Below are positions 51,795 to 61,430 of a stretch of 64,000 nt of DNA, in pieces. This DNA is from Octopus sinensis (Eukaryota), in the NCBI RefSeq assembly GCF_006345805.1, contig NC_043016.1, forward strand, positions 27,342,001 through 27,406,000, in the 5' to 3' direction. How positions within the stretch are numbered: the stretch's first letter is position 1; each line of letters opens with the position of its first letter. A program made the translations under genes and the position numbers. Under the pieces are notes generated by a model. The model was not told where the DNA came from. It saw only the letters and a program-made list of their open reading frames with translations, and made no database searches.

Positions 51795-54169
51795 TAAGAA
51801 GCTTACTTCCCAACCACAGGGTTCTGGATTTAGTCTCACTGCATGGCAACTTGGGCAAGTGCCGTCTGTTATATCCTTGGGATGACCAGAGCCTTGTGAG
51901 TGGATTTGGTAGACGGAAACTGAAAGGAACATGTTGTGTGTGTATGTCTTTGTGTCCCCCCCCCCCCATTGCTTGACAGCCAATGTTGGTGTGTTTACGT
52001 CCCTGTAACTTAGCGGTTAGGCCAAAGAGACCAATAGAATAAGTACTAGGCTTACAAAGAATAAGTTCTGGAGTTGATTTCTTCGACTAAAACCCTTTAA
52101 AGGTTTTATCTCTTTTTATGTCTAGCATGGCCACAGTCAAATGACTGAAACAAATAAAAGAATACACACATACACACACCTTTGTCCCTCATTTTATTTT
52201 ACTTTTTATCTTTTTACATGTTTTTATGTTGTCTATGAATTCTTCATAGGGGAAATGATGATGAGTTTACTCTGGTACTATCGACCTGAGCATACTGAGA
52301 CTGGTCGTAAACCCAGTCATGTAGACTGTGAAGTGTTCGCTTCGAGGCACCGTGACGTCAACAGCATAGCTTGTATAGAAGAGAAATGTTACGTGTTAAC
52401 ATTCAACGAATACTGCAGGTACATCATGGTTTTCCTTTTATTTTTTTTATCCCCTGTCATCACCATCATTTTAACATTCACTTTTCCCTGCTCAAATGGG
52501 TCAGACACAATTTGTAAAGGCAGATTTTCTATGGCCTGATGCCAACCATCCCCTGTTTCAAAGTAAGGTAATAGTTCCCTATGGCCAGACATGTTTTCCT
52601 AGAAGATTGGAACACAAAGGACACTGTTTGTATGACAGTAACACTTAAAAGTTTCACACATCAAGGCAAGGAGATAGTAATACACACTCACTCAAACACA
52701 CACATACACATGATGGGCTTTTTTCAGGTACTACTGATAATGCAAAGCAGCAATAGAATCATTTTGTTCGGCATTTATTCACTTTTCTGTTCAGTGGCTG
52801 CTCTCAATTTATCAACTGTAAAATTTATCTTTTAAATATTCACCCACCAAAACAAAAAAATAGAATATCTAGTAGTGTGAAGTCCAATGAAAGCGAAGAG
52901 TATTCCACTGAACCTCTTCAGCTGATCTACCTGTTTGGCAGAAACTCATCAAAGTAGGCCCTTACGTTACTGTGGTGGCACGCAGATGCCCTATCTTGTT
53001 GGAAATAAAGCTCCTTATCTTCAAAGTACTTTTGCATACTTGACATAACAGATTATCAGAGCTAGTTTAAGTAAATGGGACCAGTTACAATACTATCGAA
53101 AAGATTGGTCCAATTAATATTTATGATGTTAAGCCATGCCATACCATCATTCCTGGCAAATTAACATACTGTTCCTCCATAATACACTGAGACTCAGATC
53201 GCCCCAGTAAATGCAGTTGTGGTAGTTAATTGCACCATTTGAACTAAATATAGCCTCACTAATCCAAACAATCTTTGTTAGAAAGTGTGCATCTTCTAAA
53301 CATCTTGTCAGGTACCACTTGCAAAACTCCACTCTTCAGTTCAGATCATATTCATTAGGACCATGGAAATGTAACTTTTCTAATGATGCTACTTCAAAAT
53401 GCAACAGATGCTTGATTTTAAAATTCCTATCTCATGACTCGCTTGCCACACAGAATTAGTGCCCTTCCTTACTTTGTGGGTTTGATATCTGCAGTTTTCT
53501 AAGAGACTGAACAGTTTCATCTGCTACAAACTTATCTCTAATTCAAGTGATGGTAAATCGCATATATAGCTCTGTTTGAAACTCCCTCCTAAACTGTCTT
53601 TTTTTTTTACATTTTTCAAACTTGACAATAAACTTTGTTCACAGCTTAGTCAGGCTCCCTTCATTATTTCTTAAGGGTTAAATCTAAAAAAGAAATGAAA
53701 GTTGAATTTTCAGTTGTTAAAGTGTTTATACAGTTTTGGGGAACACCCTTATATATGTGTGTGTGTTGTTGGAAAAATACCAATGTTGTTTTCTCTCTTG
53801 TCGGGTTATTAATACTGGAGAGAAATTTCACCTAGATATTATTACATTCAAAACATTATAGCAGCTTAATTAGATAATGAACTATGTATACAATTAATAA
53901 CTCACTTCCTCCCTCCCTTTCTCTGTATCACACATACTTACTTATGCCTTGTTCCACCCTTCTTTCTTCATTTTATTAACAGGTATAAAGCAGAAGTACG
54001 GAGAACTGAAGCAAATTTTCCAGCAAGACGGAAAGTTGTCCCACGACTTACAGAAGCTTATCCCAGACACAGCCGACTTCCTCCTCTCGATGCCAACCCT
54101 GAGACTGTTTTCCTTTGTCGTCAAGTTTATCAATTTAGACAGAGACGTTTTCTAAAAAAACCTGCATAG
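7113..54169 (+). CDS. BAHD1: BAHD1-like chromatin reader gene, six coding exons, about 2,770-2,813 aa depending on how the exon-3 frame break is resolved
   Basis: The spliced C-terminus reads ...[33 protein letters not shown]|[14 protein letters not shown]...[30 protein letters not shown]|Y...[22 protein letters not shown]. This matches the BAHD1 BAH domain as recalled ([14 protein letters not shown]...[14 protein letters not shown]...EVFASRH...[12 protein letters not shown]...VFLCRHVYDFR). Two ASLNA motifs are also present. GT-AG junction phases are 0,1,0,1,2, all compatible. Confidence 0.9.
7320..8930. repeat. Degenerate tandem array, about 9 units of ~190 bp
   Basis: GTCGAC-like cores at 7336, 7527, 7714, 7907, 8096, 8297, 8486, (8641, truncated) and 8824, with recurring blocks GAGAAAGTAG and AGGAGTCCATCCATGCCTAACAC. 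Confidence 0.85.
9403..9620. mobile_element. Non-autonomous mariner-type element (MITE)
   Basis: TIR-like ends CAGAGGGTGTTCTGAAAAGTTC / GAACTTTTCAGCACCCCCTTG-TA. Confidence 0.7.
10050..10870 (+). mobile_element. Highly decayed Penelope-like element (RT C-terminus plus GIY-YIG remnant)
   Basis: [28 protein letters not shown] resembles the PLE RT thumb region. [14 protein letters not shown] and HFHLAG resemble the GIY-YIG region of PLEs. Confidence 0.6.
12371..13591 (-). mobile_element. Decayed Tc1/mariner-superfamily DNA transposon
   Basis: TIRs CAGGGTGTGCTGTAAAGAAT / ATTCTTTACAACACACACTG. Transposase remnant [14 protein letters not shown]...VMVWLAVS...FMQDSAPSH. Confidence 0.8.
19330..21630 (-). 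mobile_element. Decayed Penelope-like retroelement (RT plus GIY-YIG endonuclease)
   Basis: [60 protein letters not shown] and IYKVEV...IYIGST across ORFs 21034-21453, 20498-20968 and 19699-20172. Confidence 0.85.
21950..23560 (+). mobile_element. Decayed CR1/L2-group LINE
   Basis: [62 protein letters not shown]. Confidence 0.85.
23559..23768. repeat. ~210-bp palindromic foldback
   Basis: CTTGTGTTATATGGTTAA/TTAACCATATAACACAAG and AATATATTATTGGTTTTC/GAAAACCAATAATATATT, centred on TTTTGATATATATCAAAA. Confidence 0.85.
24275..26090. mobile_element. Cluster of 3' fragments of one abundant RTE LINE family, two on the minus strand and one or two on the plus strand
   Basis: [44 protein letters not shown] recurs at 24462-24680 (-), 24993-25460 (-) and 25837-25960 (+). 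Confidence 0.85.
26560..26830 (+). mobile_element. Possible non-autonomous Helitron/Helentron-type fragment
   Basis: TATATAAAATCCGTTCTGTCTGTCTG...CCGATTGCACTGAAATTTG layout resembles such elements; recall only. Confidence 0.35.
27760..28520. repeat. Compound (TA)n/(TATG)n microsatellite
   Basis: Directly visible; produces spurious YI-rich ORFs. Confidence 0.97.
28520..31745 (+). mobile_element. Nearly full-length but disrupted RTE-clade LINE (APE, RT, two C-terminal C2H2 fingers)
   Basis: LMSLRL...[12 protein letters not shown]...LGDFNA (APE); [18 protein letters not shown] (RT); CVKC...LKRHIKRVH and CLVC...[10 protein letters not shown]. Confidence 0.88.
32050..32745. repeat. (TA)n-based minisatellite with recurring ATGTATATACACTT unit
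   Basis: Directly visible; roughly ten copies of GTATATACACTT. Confidence 0.95.
32813..32946 (+). ncRNA. Candidate minimal type-I hammerhead ribozyme (Penelope/retrozyme type)
   Basis: ATCT-CTGACGA-G-GCCT...AGGC-T-GAAAC-AGCT-GTA-AGAT. Stem I ATCT/AGAT; stem II GGCCT/AGGCT plus ATAGAT/ATCTAT; stem III with palindromic AGCT loop; predicted cleavage after GTA (32942). Confidence 0.6.
33603..40698 (+). CDS. BAHD1: Giant coding exon 2 (7,096 nt): basic/low-complexity N-terminal region, two ASLNA motifs, tandem repeats
   Basis: Part of the 2,495-codon ORF 33582-41069. Acceptor (t)n-aag|GTT at 33603; donor TAT G|gtgagt at 40699 (phase 1). Confidence 0.85.
40810..41830 (+). mobile_element. Decayed RTE LINE 3' portion (same family as 24275-26090) in intron 2
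   Basis: [18 protein letters not shown]; later GAGGAAAAGTTGG...AGACCTAGGAAAACGTGGG...AGAAGACACGTCAAGCCAAG. Confidence 0.85.
42720..43195 (+). mobile_element. Second decayed RTE fragment of the same family in intron 2
   Basis: GCTGCCCTTGGGAGCTCCTCTATGC..., [19 protein letters not shown]. Confidence 0.8.
43885..44620 (+). CDS. BAHD1: Coding exon 3, with a frame discontinuity near 43995-44066 and a poly-Asn tract
   Basis: Acceptor ttttcactgcag|GT TAT (phase 1). The second frame ends [21 protein letters not shown]|gtgaga (phase 0), corresponding to the pre-BAH NGW segment of BAHD1. The two halves are in different frames. Confidence 0.7.
44301..44428 (+). repeat. Coding (AAY)n trinucleotide tract, poly-Asn
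   Basis: [41 protein letters not shown] in the exon-3 frame. Confidence 0.9.
47495..47699. mobile_element. piggyBac-type MITE
   Basis: TTAA-CCCTCTTGGGACAC ... GTGTCTCAAAAGG-TTAA: short TIRs with TTAA flanks. Confidence 0.55.
48642..48807 (+). CDS. BAHD1: Coding exon 4, N-terminal part of the BAH domain
   Basis: ttttcag|ACT GTT GAT; [56 protein letters not shown]|gtaagt. Confidence 0.95.
49662..50216. mobile_element. Tc1-type non-autonomous element with a nested SINE-like insertion (about 49995-50180)
   Basis: TA-CAGAGTGTCTGTAAAGTCTGGACACATAGG ... CCTATGTGTCCAGACTTTGGGGACACCCTG-TA. Confidence 0.8.
50290..50640 (-). mobile_element. tRNA-derived SINE
   Basis: Reverse complement begins GGCGTGACTTAGTAGTTAAGG...GAGTTCGATTC (A-box and B-box-like). 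Confidence 0.6.
51790..52165 (+). mobile_element. Best full-length copy of an abundant tRNA-derived SINE. Other copies or halves at about 14005, 14580, 15260(-), 18700(-), 18915, 21650, 47808, 49450, 51393, 51550(-), 56030, 60925, 61440(-) and 63855
   Basis: Recurring GTAAGAAGCTT(G/A)CTT..CAACCAC..GGTT...CAGTCCCACTG....ACCTTGGGCAAGTG...GTGAGTGGATTTGGTAGACGGAAACTG head and GAATAAGTACTAGGCTT...AGCATGGCCACAGTCAAATGACTGAAACAA tail. Confidence 0.8.
52250..52418 (+). CDS. BAHD1: Coding exon 5, BAH domain core
   Basis: tcttcatag|GG GAA ATG; [57 protein letters not shown]|gtacat. Confidence 0.95.
52950..53750 (-). mobile_element. Decayed Tc1-like transposase remnant
   Basis: [41 protein letters not shown] resembles the F.DEA.F..NG.VN.HN.RYW motif; one TIR-like end GGGGAACACCCT. 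Confidence 0.55.
53983..54169 (+). CDS. BAHD1: Terminal coding exon 6, end of the BAH domain (not in the ORF track)
   Basis: ttaacag|G TAT AAA; hand translation [64 protein letters not shown]. Confidence 0.93.
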
Positions 54170-54289
54170 GAAAGCCTATAAACATATATACATATATATA
54201 TATGTGTGTGTCTGTATGTATACACACACAAATATATATATAATATGTATCATTATCATCATTATCAATATTGTTCTCATTAGTATCAT

Positions 54290-55275
54290 CATCAAGTCAG
54301 TGTGTCCATGGTTGCATGGGTCAAGCAAAACTTCATTGAGGGCATGTGATTTTTTCATATTTGAACAGCTAAATGGCCTTCAGACAGAATTCATTGAGGT
54401 TGATTTATCTAAGGCTAGATGTTATTCCTGTTGCCAAGCCTCACCTATTTCCAAGATAAATCATAATAGTTTTAACGTCCATTTATCCATATTCGCATGG
54501 GTCAGACGGAAGTCTTTGAGGCAAATTTTATAAAGCTGGTTGCCCTCCTCCTGTTGCCAACCATCACTTGTTTCCAAGCATCACTATCATCATTGTTTTA
54601 TCATTCACTTTTTCCATATCTGCCTGGGTCAAATAGAATTTGTTGAGACAAATTTTTTATGGCCAACTGCCCTTTCTGTCACCAACCCTCGCCAGTTTCC
54701 AAGCGCCATCATCATCATCATTTTTAACGTCCATTTTTCCTTACTTACCTGGATCAGACAGAATTTGTTGAGGCAGATTTTTCATAGGTTTGTCACCCTT
54801 TTCCAAGCACCATCATACCGTTTTAACGTCCACTATTCCATGCTTGCATGGGCCAGACAGATTTCAATGAGGCAGAATATCTACAGCCGGATCCCTTTCC
54901 TGTCTCCAATCCTCACCTGTCTGACAAGTAAGAGGAATTTGAAAGTGCAGAGCCATCAGTTAGAACATAGATAGCAGCACCACACCACTTTGTTCAAGTA
55001 GTGACATGCAAACTATCCACCTACATGCACATTTGCACATGCACACACACTCATAATCGCATACATCCTTCTCGTCATCATTTTAACGTCCACTTTTTTC
55101 CATGCTTACAATTGTCAGGTGGAATTCATTTGGGCAGATGTTTTGAGGTTGGTTGCCCTTCCTGTTGCCACATCATCATCGTCATCAGCATTATTATTAC
55201 AGTCATCATCATCATCCTGTCCATCTCTCCATGCTTGCATGAGTAAGGTGAGATTTTGTTGAGGACAAGTGTTTT
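54290..55275. repeat. About seven head-to-tail degenerate copies of a ~120-bp dispersed repeat (TTTAACGTCCA..TTCCATGCTTGCATGGG...TTGAGGCAGATTT...GCCCTTCCTGTTGCCAA)
   Basis: Units start near 54295, 54470, 54600, 54715, 54815, 55075 and 55205. Related single copies occur elsewhere, e.g. 23790, 46400, 48905, 57825 and 60565. Confidence 0.7.
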
Positions 55276-55276
55276 C

Positions 55277-55529
55277 TTGTAGTAAAGATTTTTTGCCAGC
55301 ATAACATGACAATCCTGGTTTTAGGATTATGTTGCTGTAATTTAGCCCCAGGAGACATCGTCTCCAGCTGGCTATATGACACAATCTGTTTCCTTATATT
55401 TTCGAACATATAAGGACACATCATGTCGTATAGCTAGTTGGAGACAATGTCTCCTGGGGCTAAATTACAGCAACATTAGTCCTAAAACCAGGACTGCCAT
55501 GTTATGTTGGCAAACATTCTTTACTACAA
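55277..55529. repeat. ~250-bp near-perfect foldback, 1.1 kb downstream of the stop codon
   Basis: TTGTAGTAAAG..TTGCCAGCATAACATG..CCTGGTTTTAGGA..TGTTGCTGTAATTTAGCCCCAGGAGACAT..TCTCCA paired with the reverse-complement arm; centre CCTTATAT/ATATAAGG. Confidence 0.92.
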
Positions 55530-55665
55530 AGTACTGTTGCTGAATATCTCACATGAGATTAAAAATTGTAATTTTCTAAGTGTTTCCTTATTTCTACACC
55601 TGAATGCTCTTCCTGTCACCAACTCTCATCCATTTGTCAAGTTAGGGGAATGTATTTATTTGTAC

Positions 55666-55709
<44 letters not shown>

Positions 55710-55767
55710 CGGAGATGTACTTGCATAGCAAGTGACCTGATCTGAGATTGTGTGCTGAAACAAAAGC

Positions 55768-55934
55768 AATTGCAGAGTGGAAGGTGTTTATAAGCCATTT
55801 AAAATCACACAAAAACCGTTAGATTCACTTCAACATTTAAATATAATTTACCAAAATATTTTAGTCGCTTTAAGACTGCGACCTGTTCACTGACAAAATT
55901 CCATGCTGGCTTATAAACACCTTCCACGCTGCAA
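55768..55934. mobile_element. Short element with 30-bp terminal inverted repeats
   Basis: AATTGCAGAGTGGAAGGTGTTTATAAGCCA / TGGCTTATAAACACCTTCCACGCTGCAATT. Confidence 0.7.
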
Positions 55935-55940
55935 TTTATT

Positions 55941-55979
<39 letters not shown>

Positions 55980-56884
55980 ATTTTCATTCACACATGTGCA
56001 CACACACAGACACAGATGCAAAACAGCCTGTGTGTTTAAGAAATTTGCTTCCCAACTCCAAACCACATTGTTTCAGGTTCAGTTCCACTGCCTGGCACCT
56101 TGGACAAATGTCTTCTACCATAGTCCTGGGCTGACCAAAGTTTTGTGAGTGGATATGGTTGACAGAAACATAGCAGAAGCAGAAAGAGGTGAACTTTGGC
56201 TTCTTTCTGTTCTGTTGCTCTCAAAACAAAAAGAAGATAGTTGTAATCATACAAATACATATTACATTTAAATACCACAAAGAATGTTATATTATATATA
56301 ATTATTTCTTGTTTGTTGTTGTTGTTGTTGTCCAACTGAAATTAACTAAGATATTGGCAAATTAGCAAAAAGACTTTTTCAAAAAAATTATTTAGAAATT
56401 TTCAAAAAACTTTATAATCTTTTTTTCTTTTCCGAGAAGTCTCTTGTTTTGTTTTGTTTTGTTTTTTTTGTTTGTTTTTTTCCTTTTTCAATTTTAATGA
56501 AACAGTTGTAAAAACGAGATTATCTTGGGACAAAAAAAAAACTGAAAATAAAAATGGTAAATCATATATATAGATATATATATATATAAATATGCACATA
56601 TACACTTTAATACACACACTACATATAAATATATATATGCATACACACTTACACACTGTGTGTACACATATATTTACTTGTCTTGCAAGTTACTTGGTGA
56701 CTGCACTTGTGCTGGTGCCACATAAAAGGCAGCCAGTACACTCTTGGAGTGGTTGGCATTAGAAAGAGAATCTATCCATAAAAACCATGCCAAAACAGAA
56801 AATAGTTCTCTGGCATACCAGCTCCTGTCAGCCCGTCCAACCCATACCATCTTAGAAGACGGACATTGAATAATGATGATTATA

Positions 56885-57751
56885 TGAGGTGGTATCAAAA
56901 AGTTCCTGCACACATTATGTGTAATAAAAAGTAACTTATCTACCTAAGTTTTGACATCATCTCCTTTGAAGTAGTCCCCTTGCACAGCAATACACCAGTC
57001 CCAGTGTTCCTGCCACTTTTGGAATCTGGTCTGGAAATAGTTTTCCATAAGCAAGTGAAAGACCTTCTGCAATTCTCTCTGAATATCTACAACAGTGTTA
57101 AAACAGTGACCTTTGAGCTGCATTTTCATCTTGAAGAGATGGAAGTTCACAAGCGCTAAATCTGGTGAATAAGGCAGGTGTTGAAGCGATTTCATTTTGT
57201 TTTTGGCGAGAAGCTCACGAGTAAGGAGACCTTGGTAACGGTGCATTGTTGTAGCAAAGAATCCAATTCTTCACACTCCATAGATCCAGTTGCTTTTACC
57301 AAATGTCCTCCCTCAAAAGCTTCAAAACATTGCAGTAGCACTCTCAACTGATGGTCTGGCCCTGGCGGACTAATTCTCAATGCACAGTACCGTGGATGTC
57401 AAAAAAAAAAAATTATTTATAAGCATGCTCTTGATTGAGCTGCAGCACTGTCATGTGCCTCTGTCACTTGATATGTTGTGCACGACCTGTTGCCTTGTCA
57501 CTTGATATGTTGTGCACGACCCGTTGCCTTGTCACTGTAAGCTTGCCAAAGCCAGCTCAATGTCTCTGTAGCAGATTTGCAAAAGTTTAACACAAAATTT
57601 CATGTTGGCTCTTTGTTCTAATTTCCTGTCCATGACAAAAACTCAGCACACTGCCTTATGAAAGTTTCTGCTAGCACTCACTACGCACACATCTGTGTGC
57701 TGTCAGCTATTGGTGTGCTACAGAACTAGTCGAGCAACTTTATGATACCAC

Positions 57752-57755
<4 letters not shown>
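56885..57755 (-). mobile_element. Internally deleted mariner element
   Basis: TIRs TGAGGTGGTATCAAAAAGTT / AACTTTATGATACCACCTCA with TA flanks; HLPYSPDLA...FHLF.MK..LKG..F remnant. Confidence 0.88.
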
Positions 57756-57809
<54 letters not shown>

Positions 57810-58501
57810 TGCACACATGTATCATCATCATTGAATGTTCCTTCTTCCATTCTGGTATGGTTTGAATTGTTTAATGGGAGTTGGTGAGTCAGAGGGATGT
57901 GCTGAAGTTCAATTCTGCTTTGGCATGGATTTTACAGCTGGAAGCCTTTCTCAATGTCAGCCACTTACAAAGTGTACTAGGTACTTTTGTTCATACTACC
58001 AGCACCAGTGTGATTTCCAAGTGCTTGCAGGATGTGTATACATATATATAGACATATGAATACACACACACACACACACACGTATATGTTTTTTGCCATG
58101 AAACTGAAAAGAAAAAAATTTAATTGCAATCATAAAACACAACTTATATTTAAAGGATATAAAAAGAAATGTTATTATTTTATATCTAATCATTTTGTTT
58201 CTTGTTGGTCTGAAAGAAATATGTAAGAAACTAAACAGCTGTAGAAAGGAGATTATGTTGGGAAAAAGAAATATTTACAAAATAGACTGAAAAAAAACTG
58301 TTACTTTATGCATATACCTACCTACATATATATAATATACATATATATATAAGTGGGTGTGGATGTGTGTGTGCGTGCATGTGTACATATATATTTGCTT
58401 GTTTGTGTTTTTCTTTGCCTCCCGAAGAAATATAAAGATTTGAAATAGAAGAGAAAGTTACCTTATATATATATGTATGTATAAGTATAAATATATAGAT
58501 A

Positions 58502-58535
<34 letters not shown>

Positions 58536-58958
58536 CATAATATATAAAATATATATGTGTACATATATATGTATCTGTATGTATATATATATATGTGTGT
58601 ATGTGTGTGTGTGTATATATATGTATGCATTTATATTTTTATCTATAAGTGTGTGTCTATGTATGTGTGCTTGCGTATATATATATATTTATATATATAT
58701 ATACACACACATACACACTCACACACATACACACACATGTGCATACATATATGTGCCTACATATATACATATATATGCACACACTTTGTTGTCAAAGGGG
58801 AAAAAAAAGAGAGAAAAGATGGAAAATACACATTAAACCGAAATTTACTAAAATAAATAAAACACAAACTTGAAACTTTGAAAATCAATATATAAAAATT
58901 TTAAAAAATTGAAAAAATATTTTTTTCTGAAATATGTTAAACACAATTTGAATAAAAT

Positions 58959-58989
<31 letters not shown>

Positions 58990-59878
58990 GCATATTGTTA
59001 TATAACATACAGACACACATACACACACTTATATTGTTTGTTTTTATTTTTCCTTTTATGTTTTCATTGTTGACACAAAAATAAAGATAATAATAATAAC
59101 TTACTCCAGTCTTCCGCTCTACCAACTGAGCTATTGTGAGAACACTAATTATAGTCACTCAGAAAGATGCTGTTGGGATGAATTTGATAAAGACAAATAT
59201 CAAATAAAACTCAGAACAAATGCTGAATCTGTGGGAAATGTGATGAAAGTATTAATCACCTCTTGAGTAAATGCTAACACAAAAAGTATATATGCACAGG
59301 CATGACTGTGTGTGTAAAAGAGGTCATTGGAATGTTAGTTGAGAGTGTGGCTGAAAAGTAACAGAAGTGGCATAAACATGAAGCAGAAATTTGTGATAAA
59401 GAATAAGAATTGCTGGATTTTATGGGATTTTTATTGGAATTGAGATCTGCATCGCCAACATGCAGTAAAGTATTTTGCAAGAATCTTAAGAAAGGTTCTT
59501 TAGATTTAAGGAAACTTGTTGTCACCAAACCTCAAGATAATCATCCCTGATAACTGATATAGAATATAATTATCATCATCATTTAATGTCTGTTTTGGCT
59601 TGGGTTATACAGCTGGATGCCCTTCCTAATGCCAAAAACTTTACAGAGTGTACCGGGTGATTTTTCTATGGCACCATCACCAGTGCTTTTTTACATTGCA
59701 CCAGCAACCACACCAGTGTCTTTTACATGTCACCTTGGATTTAAGATCTCAATTTTGTTGTGGTGGGTGGGGTTTGAAGAAGGAAGAGATTGAAGCTAAA
59801 AATTCATATAAAAAAAGTCAATGGATCTACAAATTTGAAAAGGTAACAATGTGAAGACTAGTGAGTCAAAGACGTGTA

Positions 59879-60444
59879 TTGGGTTGTCCGGAAAGTTCAT
59901 GCCGATTTTTAAAGGAAAGAAAACGGTTTATAAATACTTGCCATTACATTTTTAATCAACCAAATATGAACCACTTTATTGCACACTGTGTCTCCATCTT
60001 TCCTTTAACTTGAAAATACCCTCTTCCCAGAATTGAAGGGGTTTCATGGCAAAGAATTCATCAAGGTATCTTTTTACGTCATCCAAGGAATTTAAATTTT
60101 TACCATTAAGACTATTCTGCAGATACATGAATAAGTGGAAATCCGAAGGAGCAATATCTGGTGAATATGGAGGGTGGGGTAACACATCCCAGCCAAGCTA
60201 CAGCAATTTTTGTCTGATTCCCAAAGCATTAAGTGCCAAAAATAAACTTTCTTATCTTCCATTTTAAAGGGTTACAGAATTAACACAAGTTATAGGAACA
60301 TAAATCTTCTTCCATGAAAAGATAGCTTAAACTGTGCTCTAAATGGAGGTGTAGTCAAATCCTATTTTACGGACTCAACCATGTTCTAAAATAAGTCGAA
60401 ATGTAAGCTACTATAAATTGGCATGAACTTTCCAGACAACCCAA
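59879..60444 (-). mobile_element. Internally deleted mariner element
   Basis: TIRs TTGGGTTGTCCGGAAAGTTCATGCC / GGCATGAACTTTCCAGACAACCCAA; PHPPYSPDIAPSDFHLF. Confidence 0.9.
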
Positions 60445-61159
60445 TATTAGGGAGGACAGAATTAAAGAAAGAAACAAAGTCTTCTTATTATATCTCTGGT
60501 TCAGGCTTTTGTGATCAGTTCCATAAAGACTGTCATTATATCAGAGATTCTTCAAAATCATCATTTTCATTTAACGTCCATGTTCTATGCTGGTATGGGT
60601 TGGATAGTTTGACAAGATATGACAGGCCAAAAGACTGCATTGTGCACTGACATTTTCTTTGACATGGTTTCTCCAGTTGAATGGCTTTCCTAATGCTAAC
60701 CATACAACATGTACTGGTTGCTTTTTTTATGCCATCTGCACCTGTTGGGTCAATCTGAGGTAGTGGAGGACTTTAGAGAGAAATGAAGGATGACAAAAAC
60801 AGATGAGAATAGATTGCTGAATATAGAGAGTGATACTCTCATTGCATGGGGGATGCCTGGACAATGTGAATACAAAGCTTGTCACAGCAAAGGGGATCAA
60901 TATATTCACTGGTAATCTCTCATTTTGTAACCACAAGGTTTTGGGTTCAGTCCCACTGCACAGCTCCTTGGACAAGTATCCTATATTCCTAGTTGACTAG
61001 TGCCTTGTGAGTGAATTTTGTAGATAGAAACTGTATGGAAGCCTGTCATATATTTTATGTTCCACTCCCACAGCTTAATTAGTGCCAGTTTGTTTCTGTC
61101 CCAGTAACAAAGTGATTTGGCTGAAGAAACTGATTGAATAAGTATAAAGGGTAAAGACT

Positions 61160-61430
61160 ATCTCTGGTCATGAATTACCATGGAATTGCACCTAGAAAGT
61201 TACCCACCAAGGTACAAGTCTGGGCAAGGTTGTTTATAGAAGACCAGCAGTTGCCCATGCATACCAGCTTCCCCTTCCCACACCACCAGTCTTATCCAAG
61301 GGAAAGGCAAAGGGGCCAATACAGCTTGGCACCAGTAATGTCACATCTCATTTCTACAGCTGAGTAAACTGGAGCAATGTGAAATAAAGTGCCTTGCTGA
61401 AGAACACAACACACAGCCTGATCTAGGAAT
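61160..61430 (-). mobile_element. SINE with a conserved central domain (second copy about 18415-18650, +)
   Basis: Shared TGTGTTCTT(G/C)AGCAAG..ACTTTATTTCA..TGCTC.A.TT.ACTCAGCTGTAGAAATGAG and CTGGTATGCATGGGCAACTGCTG. Confidence 0.65.

Noticed and set aside
58205-58250. TAAACAGCTGTA resembling the hammerhead 3' core
   Set aside because: Lacks GAAA, a proper CTGANGA and pairing stems.
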